From: an uncultured Terracidiphilus sp. | GTDB taxonomy: Bacteria; Acidobacteriota; Terriglobia; Terriglobales; Acidobacteriaceae | Reading direction: 5' to 3' | NCBI GenBank assembly: GCA_964560845.1 | Contig: CAZLMY010000007.1 | Coordinates: 6,815-70,814, forward strand | DNA length: 64,000 bases | Part shown: piece by piece, positions 18,411 to 29,541 of the stretch | How positions within the stretch are numbered: position 1 is the first letter of the stretch | How the letters are laid out: each line of letters opens with the position of its first letter | Position numbers and translations under genes: made by a program | The notes under the pieces: generated by a model | Databases searched by the model: none | Told to the model about the DNA's origin: nothing | The model's input: the letters and a program-made list of their open reading frames with translations, nothing else

Positions 18411-18457
18411 TGTGCGGCGCGGCGGGCGGATCTAGGTTGAAGTGGAAGGAGATCGCC

Positions 18458-19180
18458 ATGACCGCTACAACCCAAACCGTTCGGGACATTGCCCTGGACC
18501 AGCCCACCGCCATTCGGGTGTTTGAACATTTTGGAATCGACTATTGCTGCGGGGGCCGCAAGCCGCTCTCTGAGGCGTGTGCCGCCGGCAACCTTGAAGT
18601 GGACGCCGTGATTGCCGCGCTTGAGCTGGCCGCCCGCGGACCCGCACCGAATACAAAGGACTGGTCGCAGGCCTCGCTGGAAAGCTTGAGCGGGCACATC
18701 GAGGCCACGCATCATGTCTATGTGAAGACCGAGCTTCCCCGCCTTGCCCTGCTGGCCGAGAAGGTGGTGCATCGCCATGGAGCTACGCAGGCCGAACTGC
18801 CGCAGATTCAGACTGCGCTGGCGCAGTTGGATGAGGAACTGACGCAGCACCTGGCAAAGGAAGAAGCGATTCTGTTTCCGCATATTGTGAAACTGGAGCG
18901 CGCTTTGGCTGAAGGCAGCGCCAGGCCGGTGAGTTGTTTTGGCACCGTGGCCAACCCCATTGCCATGATGACCCAGGAGCACGATGCGGCCGGTGCGCTG
19001 GTGGCGCAGATCCGCAGCCTGAGTCACGACTTCGCCACGCCTCCTGAAGCTTGCCCGACCTACCATGCGTTCTTCGACGGCTTGCGGGATTTCGAACGCG
19101 ACCTGCACCAGCACATTCACCTGGAAAACAACATTCTCTTTCCGCGGGCCATTGCCATGGAGGCATCTGCCGCAGTTTGA
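18458..19180 (+). CDS. ytfE: Iron-sulfur cluster repair di-iron protein (RIC/YtfE/ScdA family)
   Basis: FGIDYCCGG (ScdA_N motif) plus hemerythrin-like His/Glu repeats (HHVYVKTELP, HLAKEEAILFP, HIHLENNILFP). ATG 18458 preceded by AGGAG. The track start at 18437 is TTG. Confidence 0.9.
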   Translation: MTATTQTVRDIALDQPTAIRVFEHFGIDYCCGGRKPLSEACAAGNLEVDAVIAALELAARGPAPNTKDWSQASLESLSGHIEATHHVYVKTELPRLALLAEKVVHRHGATQAELPQIQTALAQLDEELTQHLAKEEAILFPHIVKLERALAEGSARPVSCFGTVANPIAMMTQEHDAAGALVAQIRSLSHDFATPPEACPTYHAFFDGLRDFERDLHQHIHLENNILFPRAIAMEASAAV

Positions 19181-19207
19181 TCGGCCGGGCGGAGCTATGA
19201 TTCCCCT

Positions 19208-19852
19208 ATGCACGTGGAGTTTCATTTGTGCGACATCCTGGCCAACTCCATCACCCACGGAGTCGGCGTTCTGTTTGCCGTGGCAGGCGCCGTGTTCCTG
19301 ATCGGCGCCTCAATGCACGGGTCGGCATCGCAGATTGTTGGCTGCGCCATTTTCTCTGTCACGCTGGTGCTGGTGTATCTGTGCTCCACGCTCTACCACT
19401 CGCTGGTGCGGACGCGAGCACGCCATGTGTTCCATGTGCTGGATCACTCCGCCATCTACCTGCTGATTGCCGGAACCTATACGCCGTTCACGCTGGTTTC
19501 GCTGCGCGGGCCGGTGGGATGGGTCTTGTTTGGCGTGGTCTGGACGCTGGCCGTCGCCGGGGTGATCTTCAAGAGCATGGCGGTAGGGCGCTTTGCCTTG
19601 GCATCCGCATTGGTCTATCTGTTTCAAGGCTGGTTTATCGTCTTTGCCGCCAACCCCTTGCTGCACGCCATCGGCTGGCACGGCATGATGTGGATCGGCG
19701 CCGGTGGCGTGGCCTACACGCTGGGCATGGTGTTTTTCGCGCTTGACCGCATTCGGTTCTTTCACGCGGCGTGGCACCTGTTCGTGCTGGCCGGCAGCGT
19801 GGCCCATTACTTCGCGATTTTGTTTTATGTGGTGCCTGCGCACGTGGTGTAA
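19208..19852 (+). CDS. Hemolysin III / PAQR-family 7-TM protein
   Basis: Seven hydrophobic segments. HVLDHSAIYLLIAGTYTPF and HLFVLAGSVAHY motifs are typical of HlyIII/YqfA. Confidence 0.85.
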   Translation: MHVEFHLCDILANSITHGVGVLFAVAGAVFLIGASMHGSASQIVGCAIFSVTLVLVYLCSTLYHSLVRTRARHVFHVLDHSAIYLLIAGTYTPFTLVSLRGPVGWVLFGVVWTLAVAGVIFKSMAVGRFALASALVYLFQGWFIVFAANPLLHAIGWHGMMWIGAGGVAYTLGMVFFALDRIRFFHAAWHLFVLAGSVAHYFAILFYVVPAHVV

Positions 19853-19858
19853 GAGGGG

Positions 19859-19881
19859 GCCGCGCATTTGAAGCGGCTTTT
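19859..19881 (+). terminator. Weak intrinsic terminator after the hemolysin III gene
   Basis: GCCGC-gcatttgaa-GCGGC followed by TTTT. Only a 5-bp stem. Confidence 0.3.
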
Positions 19882-20018
19882 AGAGGCCTTGTTTGGTGCG
19901 CAAATCCCTAGGGCGTTTCAACGCGGCTCAATAAGCTGAGGAAATGTCAGTCTCTCTGCATTTCAATTCCGCTCACCGAGCGCTGGAGATTTCTCAGCAC
20001 ATGCCGCCGTTGCCCCGC

Positions 20019-20065
20019 AAAAAAAAGACTGGCCCGAGCTCCGTCCGTTGCGGAGAATTAGGGCC
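20019..20065 (-). terminator. Orphan rho-independent terminator on the minus strand
   Basis: Minus strand reads GGCCCtaattCTCCGcaacggaCGGAGctcGGGCC agtc TTTTTTTT. It lies about 290 nt beyond the nearest minus-strand stop codon (20353). Confidence 0.55.
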
Positions 20066-20352
20066 GCTTGGCGCATCATAGAGAGATCGAAGGCCTTTTT
20101 TTCGTTCAATCTTGGGGCGAGAAAACGCTCCGATTTGCTGGAATAGGCACCCCTCCACCGTTTTCGACGTATCAAACAGAAAACAAACAGGTTAAGCCTA
20201 TGTTCGCCTCAAACACGTATTGAAAACAAAGAACTTGCTAAAATCTGGCCTGCGGTTTCGCACGGCCGAATCGACCCTGTCGGGCCTGAGGTTCCGTTCT
20301 TTGGTTCCGGCCTTGCCTTGTTAGGCAAGTGCAACGTGTTTTGCGCCGGCTT

Positions 20353-21351
20353 TTATCCCATGCGATTCTGACGGTTGGATGGGTTTTTCTTGGTCAGAAG
20401 GCCGCGCAGGTGGTTGATGGCGATAATCCACGGAACGCAGATGGAAAATACCAGACGCGCCAGCAGGGCCCGTGGACTGCGGCTGGAGATAAAGCGCCAG
20501 TCGGCGCGAAAGGCGAACCAGCCCACCATCGCCAGAACCGCCAGGAGCGGGAGAACGGTCCAGGGCAGGCAGGCGAGGGCCGCGACCTCAAGCAGGCAGC
20601 GGCCGCCATTGCGAAACAGGCGAACGGTTCGCACGCCCAAAATGCCGTCGCTGGCGGCGTAGCGGGCGAGCTGGCGGCAGGTGGCTGCGAAGGAGTTCCG
20701 GGGCCGGTAGAACGCCTTGGCCTGGTTGACGAAGGCTGGCGCCGTGGCGCGACGGGCTTCCAGGTCGAAGAAGGTGTCATCGCCCAGCAGAACGGTCTCG
20801 GGAAAGCCACCGACGCGCTTCCATAGATCCTTGGTAAAGGCCATGGAGCGTGCCGTGCAGGATTTGCTCAGCTCGTCGGGCGAGACCTTGACGCCAAAGT
20901 AGGGCGCGGAGGCCACGTCCCAAAGAGTCGGGTCGACGAGGTCGAGGCAGGCGCCGCCCAAGGCGTACTCGGAGGTCCCGGCAACGATCGGCTCGGTGAT
21001 CCGGGCCATCCAGTCGGGCAGATAGGTGCATCCAGCGTCGACGCAGGCGACGATCTCGGAGGTCGAGGCGGCAATCGCCACATTGCGGCCTCTGGAGACG
21101 GGGCCGGGGCAGTTCTTCAGGCTGCAGGATTCGTCGCGAATGGGCTGCAGGAGGTCGTTGCTGCGGGCAGCTTCGACCAGCCACTCCCAGGTGCCGTCGG
21201 TTGAGCCGCCGTCGACGATGACGATCTCGGCCGGCAGGGGGATCTGCGCCAGGAGGCACGGAATAAGCCTGGGAATGTCTTCAATCTCGTTGAGGACGGT
21301 GGAAATAATGCTGACGGGCTGCATGGGAAAAGTATAGCGAGCTAGGAGCAT
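20353..21351 (-). CDS. Family 2 glycosyltransferase with C-terminal membrane segments
   Basis: VSIISTVLNEIEDIPRLI...IVIVDGGSTDGT...VACVDAGC (GT2 fold signatures). C-terminal hydrophobic helices. Start ambiguous (ATG 21351 or 21324). Confidence 0.8.
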   Translation of the reverse strand: MLLARYTFPMQPVSIISTVLNEIEDIPRLIPCLLAQIPLPAEIVIVDGGSTDGTWEWLVEAARSNDLLQPIRDESCSLKNCPGPVSRGRNVAIAASTSEIVACVDAGCTYLPDWMARITEPIVAGTSEYALGGACLDLVDPTLWDVASAPYFGVKVSPDELSKSCTARSMAFTKDLWKRVGGFPETVLLGDDTFFDLEARRATAPAFVNQAKAFYRPRNSFAATCRQLARYAASDGILGVRTVRLFRNGGRCLLEVAALACLPWTVLPLLAVLAMVGWFAFRADWRFISSRSPRALLARLVFSICVPWIIAINHLRGLLTKKNPSNRQNRMG

Positions 21352-21574
21352 TTCCCGGGCAGATTGACCCGATGCGCGCTTTGACGATAGAATTGTAAAG
21401 TTTGGCGATGCACCCCTTTGAGGATGTGCGGGGCTATGCTGGGCTCACCGCTGGGAAACCATGGCGTGTGTGCGGCCCGCTCCCGCAGTAGTCACTCCCG
21501 GAATGCGACCCAATGAAGGATTCGAAATTACGATGCGCCTCGTTTCTTGAAACCCGAGCGCTGGAGGGTTTGTT

Positions 21575-21901
21575 ATGTACGCAGTGATTCGCACCGGTGG
21601 GAAGCAGTACCGGGTCGCTCCGGGCGACGTGGTCAAGATTGAAAGCGTGGTTACGGAAGATCAGACGATCGAGTTCAGCGACGTGCTGGCAGTCTCCGGC
21701 GAGCCGGGAACCGTAGCCAAGCCGGCCAGCGCCAAGGTGACGGCAGAGGTGCTGGGCGAAGGCCGCGGCGCCAAGATCCTTGTCTTCCACTTGAAGCGCA
21801 AGAAACAGTACAAGAAGCTGCAGGGACACCGGCAGAACTTCACCGAGATACGCATCAAGGCCATCGAGGCCGACGGCGTAACCTATACCGCAGCGAGCTA
21901 A
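21575..21901 (+). CDS. rplU: 50S ribosomal protein L21
   Basis: MYAVIRTGGKQYRVAPGDVVKIE... is the canonical bL21 N-terminus. Confidence 0.97.
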   Translation: MYAVIRTGGKQYRVAPGDVVKIESVVTEDQTIEFSDVLAVSGEPGTVAKPASAKVTAEVLGEGRGAKILVFHLKRKKQYKKLQGHRQNFTEIRIKAIEADGVTYTAAS

Positions 21902-22041
21902 GAGCTCGCCGCCAGCTTTTACCTGCTAGCTTTTCGCTGCTAGCAATTTCGTGGTTCAGAATTGACTTGGGCTTCCGGCAAAGCAGAGCTAAGGGCTAGC
22001 GGCTGAGAGCTGAGAGCTGATTTCGAGAAGGGGATTCGGCA

Positions 22042-22305
22042 ATGGCACATAAGAAGGGTGGAGGCAGCTCCACAAACGGACGCGACTCCAATGCACAGCG
22101 ACTGGGCGTAAAAGCCTTTGGCGGCGAACTGGTTACCGGCGGAACGATCATCATGCGCCAGCGCGGTACCCGCATCAAGCCGGGCCTGAACGTAGGCATC
22201 GGCTCCGACGACACACTGTTTGCCAAGATTTCAGGCCGGGTTGTGTTCTCCGACCACGGCAATCGTGGGCGCTTTGCGTCCATCGAAGTGGTGGCGGCCG
22301 AGTAA
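22042..22305 (+). CDS. rpmA: 50S ribosomal protein L27
   Basis: [29 protein letters not shown]...[10 protein letters not shown] is canonical bL27. Confidence 0.97.
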   Translation: MAHKKGGGSSTNGRDSNAQRLGVKAFGGELVTGGTIIMRQRGTRIKPGLNVGIGSDDTLFAKISGRVVFSDHGNRGRFASIEVVAAE

Positions 22306-22411
22306 TTCAGCAGCAATTCAACGACGAGAGGCCACGGCGATGCTGTGGCCTCTCGTCGTTCCGGTGGCTCAGCGCGCGTTCAGGGCGGCTTGGATTCGAG
22401 GCTATTGCTTT

Positions 22412-22440
22412 CCCACGTCCCCAAACGCGAGGGACCTGGG
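22412..22440. repeat. Conserved hairpin repeat R1, copy 2 (downstream of rpmA)
   Basis: CCCACGTCCC-caaacgcga-GGGACCTGGG (9/10 bp stem). Same orientation and flanks as 16547-16575. Confidence 0.6.
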
Positions 22441-22492
22441 CACCCAGACTTGTGAATTTTGAACGCCAGCCCCTGTTGCCGAGTCCCTGCCT

Positions 22493-23371
22493 TCAGGATT
22501 CGGACTTGCGGTCTTTGAAGCTGCGATCGAGAACTTTCTCCACGACCTTCTCGACGTCGGTGAGGAAGAAACTGTTCACGGGCTGCTGCACGGCTACCCG
22601 GGTTCCGGTGTGGCCCAGGGCGGATGCAATCTTGTTCCAGCGATAAAGGGTGGAGTCGACCGGCACCACCACCGGCTCGTGAACCGGCTCAGGCAGCGCG
22701 CAGTAAGCGATCCAAATAGAAGCCGTGATCATGATCAGCGACTGGTAGACGAATTGCAAAGGCGTGGTGAGCGAAGAGTTGCGGGCGACCAGCGAGGAGA
22801 AGGCGAAGTCATTGGCCGACATCAGGCCCAATCCCAGGGCAATGCCGAACGCCATGTCGCGAATGGAGAAGCGCAGAGCGTTCATGCTCATGCAGAGAAA
22901 TGCCAGCAGGCACAGCTCGAGAATGCTCACAGAGCGCATCAGTCCGTCGGCGATATCGGGGAGCATGAGGATGCCGGGCCGTTTGAAGGAAGTGGAGGAA
23001 AGGGTCACGATGACCGAGGCCAGAACGACCCATCGAAAGGCCACCGTCCCGAGCTTCAGCAGACCCGCATACGCCGAAAGGGCCGTGCGGAAAACCTCCA
23101 AACAGACAAAATACAGCAGCAGGGCGCTTACCCCGTAGACCGCCCAATAGAAATAGAAGTAGGTAATCAGCCAGGTCTGCGAAGGGAAAATCAGGTGGTC
23201 GCCGGTGAGCAGCAGCCACAACACGGGCGCCGAGGCCACCCGCAAGGCCAGGTAAGCGCCCATGGCCGGGAAGCGGCGCTGCAGGCCTTTGCGCCTGAAG
23301 AGAGCCGCAAGAGTCACCCAAAGCGCAAACTCCACGCCCGTCAGCAGCGACATGATGGTCTCAGAAGACAT
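22493..23371 (-). CDS. Hypothetical polytopic membrane protein
   Basis: About 7 hydrophobic helices and a charged C-terminal tail ...VEKVLDRSFKDRKSES. The track start at 23434 is TTG. First ATGs are at 23371 and 23353. No family recognised. Confidence 0.55.
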   Translation of the reverse strand: MSSETIMSLLTGVEFALWVTLAALFRRKGLQRRFPAMGAYLALRVASAPVLWLLLTGDHLIFPSQTWLITYFYFYWAVYGVSALLLYFVCLEVFRTALSAYAGLLKLGTVAFRWVVLASVIVTLSSTSFKRPGILMLPDIADGLMRSVSILELCLLAFLCMSMNALRFSIRDMAFGIALGLGLMSANDFAFSSLVARNSSLTTPLQFVYQSLIMITASIWIAYCALPEPVHEPVVVPVDSTLYRWNKIASALGHTGTRVAVQQPVNSFFLTDVEKVVEKVLDRSFKDRKSES

Positions 23372-23479
23372 AGGCGTACTGCCACCATCCCAAAGGGTGA
23401 CCTTCAGGATAGCGCCGTCTTCGATTCTGCTCAACCGGAAAGCGGCATAGCCATTTGCAACTTTGGTGCTACCTGGGTT

Positions 23480-23659
23480 CTATTGGCTTTGCGGTGCTTT
23501 GGGGCAGGTGGGCAGCCCCGGGACACATTGTGGGACGGGGAAGTTTTGAGTCGCGGATTGCCGGCTTGGCAAGGGGCGGTGGTTTCGGGGCGAGACGGTG
23601 GCTGCGACAGCGCCAAGAATCACGATGGAAAGGGCAAATACACGCAGGGTGAGCTTCAT
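23480..23659 (-). CDS. Small secreted Cys-pair peptide (59 aa, below ORF-track cutoff)
   Basis: Own translation: MKLTLRVFALSIVILGAVAATVSPRNHRPLPSRQSATQNFPVPQCVPGLPTCPKAPQSQ*. AAGGGAG SD 8 nt upstream of the ATG. Clear signal-peptide-like N-terminus. Lies 45 nt upstream of the membrane-protein ORF. Confidence 0.35.
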   Translation of the reverse strand: MKLTLRVFALSIVILGAVAATVSPRNHRPLPSRQSATQNFPVPQCVPGLPTCPKAPQSQ

Positions 23660-23982
23660 GGTCCGTACTCCCTTGAGAAGATGGAAGAAACCGAAAAATG
23701 ATCTTGCCGTGCGCCTGTATCGTAGAGAATAAGGACGGGGAAGTCCAGTGTTTTCATAGACTTGAGCAACTGGTAATGGCGTTGATTACTAACGTCATTC
23801 GTCCTAGTTGAAATGCCCGCATCGGACTGCCCTTCCGGGGCGCTCTCTGCGCTTCAGATCAGTCCTCGCGCCATGCTAAAATGAAGGCAGGAAGATTCGC
23901 GAAAGCCCCCGTCTTTCAAGCGGTTAGTCCCTGATTTCCAGCCCGCAATCTCGATCCCGGAACCGCTCCTGTCTGGTGCTGA

Positions 23983-26607
<2,625 letters not shown>

Positions 26608-26687
26608 TGCGATCCGGTTGCAGGTTTGCGGAAATAGTGTCCTGATTTGCGCAAAACTGGCTCGAACAACCTTGAGAATCGATGAAT

Positions 26688-26716
26688 CTGGAGAGAGGGG
26701 TTTCCCTTCTCTCCAG
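26688..26716 (+). terminator. Strong hairpin downstream of gyrB (terminator candidate, no T-tract)
   Basis: CTGGAGAGAGGGG-ttt-CCCTTCTCTCCAG. The outer 9 bp are perfect. Confidence 0.4.
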
Positions 26717-27119
26717 CGCGCCGCGAGACAACTTATTGATTCTACTTATACAAAAGACGGAACAAGTCATACCTCCATTTGAATGATGGTATTTGCATAT
26801 CGTCTTGAATTCGCATCAAATTAAGCAACTGTTCCAGACCAGGGCGAGTGCCGAAAGTCAGGCAGCTACCCGCGGCCGGTAATCACAACCATGCTTCTTA
26901 CAGAATCCAGAACCAACGATTGGTCTCCCGGTGTTGTCTTCCAAGAGCCCATCGGCGGTTAGAACCTTGCCCGTTCCACTCCTATTCCGTTCAGGAAGAA
27001 TGGGCTGGACGCGACCCGTCAGGCACGCTGCCAGAAGCAGCTCCGAAGGGGACAACCAACTGGACAGTGCCGGGGGATCTGGGAGCCGGCCACGGAATGG
27101 GTCGGCGATGCTCGCGGTT

Positions 27120-28112
27120 TCAGGAAAGTGTTGTTGGTGGTACTAGCTCCGCGGGTGGTGTCGCCTTGGCCAGCGCAAGTATTGCTCCTGCAAACAGCAG
27201 CGTGTCGGCAAAGTAGTTGATCCCCTCGATCTTGACGGCAGTGCTTGGGTCGGCTAGCGAAGCGATCAGGATAGGCACATAGATGAACACAACCAGCAGC
27301 ACGATCCAGGTGCCGAGATAAGTTGCCGCCATCCGCGTCTTCCTGGCCGAGAGCATGGCTGCCGCGCCGGCCATGAGCATTGCGCCAGTCAGATAACCGA
27401 TGACCGGGCGCGCGGGAATCCACACAGGCATCAATTGTTCGAGCGGGACGCCAGGACGCGCGAGCGGGTGCAGGAAATGTTCGACTCCAAAAAACAGAGC
27501 GGCGAGGCCGATCAATACGCGGCCCACAGTTACCAGCTTGCGCGCGACCTGGCCCTGTGTCGCGCCCTGCATCGCGTTACCAGCAAGAAGCCAGCCGCCG
27601 GCGGCGAACCCCATCTCTCGAATCACAAGCGTCCATCCGAATCTATCTCCGGGGCCGGCGAGGGCCGCCGGGAATTCCAACATGGCCACAAAAAGAAACA
27701 TCATGATCCCGAACAGGAGGCCGGACCAGCGCACCAGAATGTTTGTGGCGATGCTCAACGAAGCGGCGAGTAGCGCAATTCCCACGAAATACGCCCAAAA
27801 CAATCGCCACGGCATATAGGAGGGAACGGCGGAAAGGACGAGCTCCGCGCCTGCAATATGCAGGGCACCGAAGACCGCCAAGGGGACAGCGAAGCATAAG
27901 TTGCTCAAGGCTACAATCTTGTCCAGGCCGCCAGCCCGAGCGACAGCAGCCTTTGCGCTCCAAAGCGCAACCGCGAAAAGCAGGATTCCAATGCTGCACA
28001 TCGCGATCACGGTACGTGAGATCCCGAAAAATGAGTCGATCAGATTCGAGTGCATGAGCCATACCAGAAGTAGGTTCGCGCACCCAATCGTTGAGCACGC
28101 TTTGCTGATCAC
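27120..28112 (-). CDS. Hypothetical polytopic membrane protein
   Basis: 8-9 hydrophobic helices. The track start at 28112 is GTG, and the first ATG (28055) gives MHSNLIDSFFG. No family recognised. Confidence 0.6.
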   Translation of the reverse strand: MISKACSTIGCANLLLVWLMHSNLIDSFFGISRTVIAMCSIGILLFAVALWSAKAAVARAGGLDKIVALSNLCFAVPLAVFGALHIAGAELVLSAVPSYMPWRLFWAYFVGIALLAASLSIATNILVRWSGLLFGIMMFLFVAMLEFPAALAGPGDRFGWTLVIREMGFAAGGWLLAGNAMQGATQGQVARKLVTVGRVLIGLAALFFGVEHFLHPLARPGVPLEQLMPVWIPARPVIGYLTGAMLMAGAAAMLSARKTRMAATYLGTWIVLLVVFIYVPILIASLADPSTAVKIEGINYFADTLLFAGAILALAKATPPAELVPPTTLS

Positions 28113-28282
28113 TATAGCTCAAAACTGCACAACGAGGTGCAGGCAATGGCTTTTCTCACCGGTCGATTTCCTCAGCGGCCGACTGGCCACGGTCTGAATT
28201 TAGAATTCTCTGTCTTTCTCAACTAACGGTTCGATCTTAACCATATATGCGCCTCGTGTAAACTTATGATGGAGGAACTTGA

Positions 28283-28576
28283 ATGAGCACGAAACAACTA
28301 CTGGCTGAAATCGATCGCGGCATCAATGCCTTGCAGAAGGCACGTGCCTTGTGTTTGAAAGGCGACACCGTTGCAACAAAAGCTAAGGGAACCGCGTCCA
28401 AGACAGTCAAGGCAACAAAGGCGCCTGCAAAAAAGGCGGCTAAAGGCGGTATGAGCGAAGAGGGTCGCGCCAAAATCGCCGCTGCTCAGCAAAAGCGTTG
28501 GGCAAAGGTGAAGCGGGAAAAGAAGAGGGCTGCCAAGGCCGCTAAGGCTGCAGTTGTCGTTCCCGCAGCACAGTAA
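28283..28576 (+). CDS. Small Lys/Ala-rich basic protein (histone H1-like composition)
   Basis: GGAGG 7 nt upstream of the ATG. KAKGTASKTVKATKAPAKKAAKGG...RAKIAAAQQKRWAKVKREKKRAAKAAKAA. Followed by a 13-bp-stem hairpin. Confidence 0.6.
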   Translation: MSTKQLLAEIDRGINALQKARALCLKGDTVATKAKGTASKTVKATKAPAKKAAKGGMSEEGRAKIAAAQQKRWAKVKREKKRAAKAAKAAVVVPAAQ

Positions 28577-28595
28577 CTCCATCTCGCACGCACAA

Positions 28596-28632
28596 ATATT
28601 GGCCCTGAAGGTATCGACCTCAGGGCCAATAT
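28596..28632 (+). terminator. Hairpin terminator candidate after the basic-protein gene
   Basis: ATATTGGCCCTGA...TCAGGGCCAATAT, 13 consecutive base pairs. No clear T-tract. Confidence 0.45.
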
Positions 28633-28999
28633 CTCTGGCGTTCGCTGTTTCAGTATGCAGACACGGTTCAAAACAAGCCCGCAAGCGCAACTTTGTACGC
28701 AGGACCGCCCCGAATGGTGGCGGTGACGAATTCCTGTCAGCCGCCCGAGTCGGCATCGAGATCCAGTAAGCCTCGAGGGAACCTGACTTAGACCGGTTCC
28801 ACGATGCGTGTGTCCTTTGTAGCGCTGCGGAATGTGGCTTTTTTCTTGCGGAAATGGCTACTTAAAGGCATTGCTTTCCAGTCACATCAATCGGGGAACC
28901 GACGTGGAGGTGTTCATCGTCGGCTTGTCCAAGGTAACTGAAGGATGGGTTGCCAGCCCCGCGCTGCCAAGATCCTGGTGACTCTTGCAATGGTAGTTC

Positions 29000-29398
29000 T
29001 TAACGTGGCGTATTTTTTCGTCGCCGACGGTCGCTCTCCTTCATGATTTCCCTCAAATCCGCAGCCGGCCGTATCTCTTTCGTTCCCAACTTCATACCTG
29101 GATGTTGCGCGATAAGTTGAATGGCATGATTGAGGTCTCGCGCGTCAAGAATCAGAAGGCCGCCGAGTTGTTCCTTGGTTTCCGCGTAGGGGCCGTCGGT
29201 GGTCGCGACCTTGCCGTTTTTCCAGTACAGGGTTACCGCGGTCTCCTGAGGCTGAAGAGGCACTTCGACGGCAACATGTCCGTTGGCGCGCAGATGGTCG
29301 TTGTACTCAAAACAGTCGTCGAATACTTTGTTTCGCTCGCTCTCAGACATGTTTTCGAACTTGCCGGGTTCCAAGTAGCCCAAACAGATGTATTTCAT
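29000..29398 (-). CDS. YCII-related (DGPF) domain protein
   Basis: MKYICLGY...TTDGPYAETKEQLGGLLILDARDLNHAIQL is the YCII/DGPF signature. Confidence 0.85.
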   Translation of the reverse strand: MKYICLGYLEPGKFENMSESERNKVFDDCFEYNDHLRANGHVAVEVPLQPQETAVTLYWKNGKVATTDGPYAETKEQLGGLLILDARDLNHAIQLIAQHPGMKLGTKEIRPAADLREIMKESDRRRRKNTPR

Positions 29399-29541
29399 CC
29401 CAACCCTCCTGGTTTCCCGTGGCTCAGAGAGATGTAGCCGGTCATGCGGGCATCAGATAGCCGGTCGGGAAACCGAAGAATCGATAGCCACTGTTTTCAA
29501 ATGTCCGCAGATCAAAAGCGCAGGCCGCCCCGGAAGAATGT

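Noticed and set aside
18305-19258. 317-aa minus-strand ORF spanning ric and the hcp-ric spacer
   Set aside because: Antisense to the well-supported RIC gene, and it would run through the divergent promoter region.
21902-22041. Short direct repeats (CTGCTAGC x2, GCTGAGA x2.5) in the rplU-rpmA spacer, considered as a repeat array or a degraded ysxB-like ORF
   Set aside because: The repeats are too short and too few to be meaningful. There is no ORF and no spacer-repeat periodicity.
22610-23701. 363-aa plus-strand ORF
   Set aside because: Antisense to the polytopic membrane-protein gene and to the small signal-peptide ORF. The highly charged Arg/Gly/Gln-rich product is implausible.
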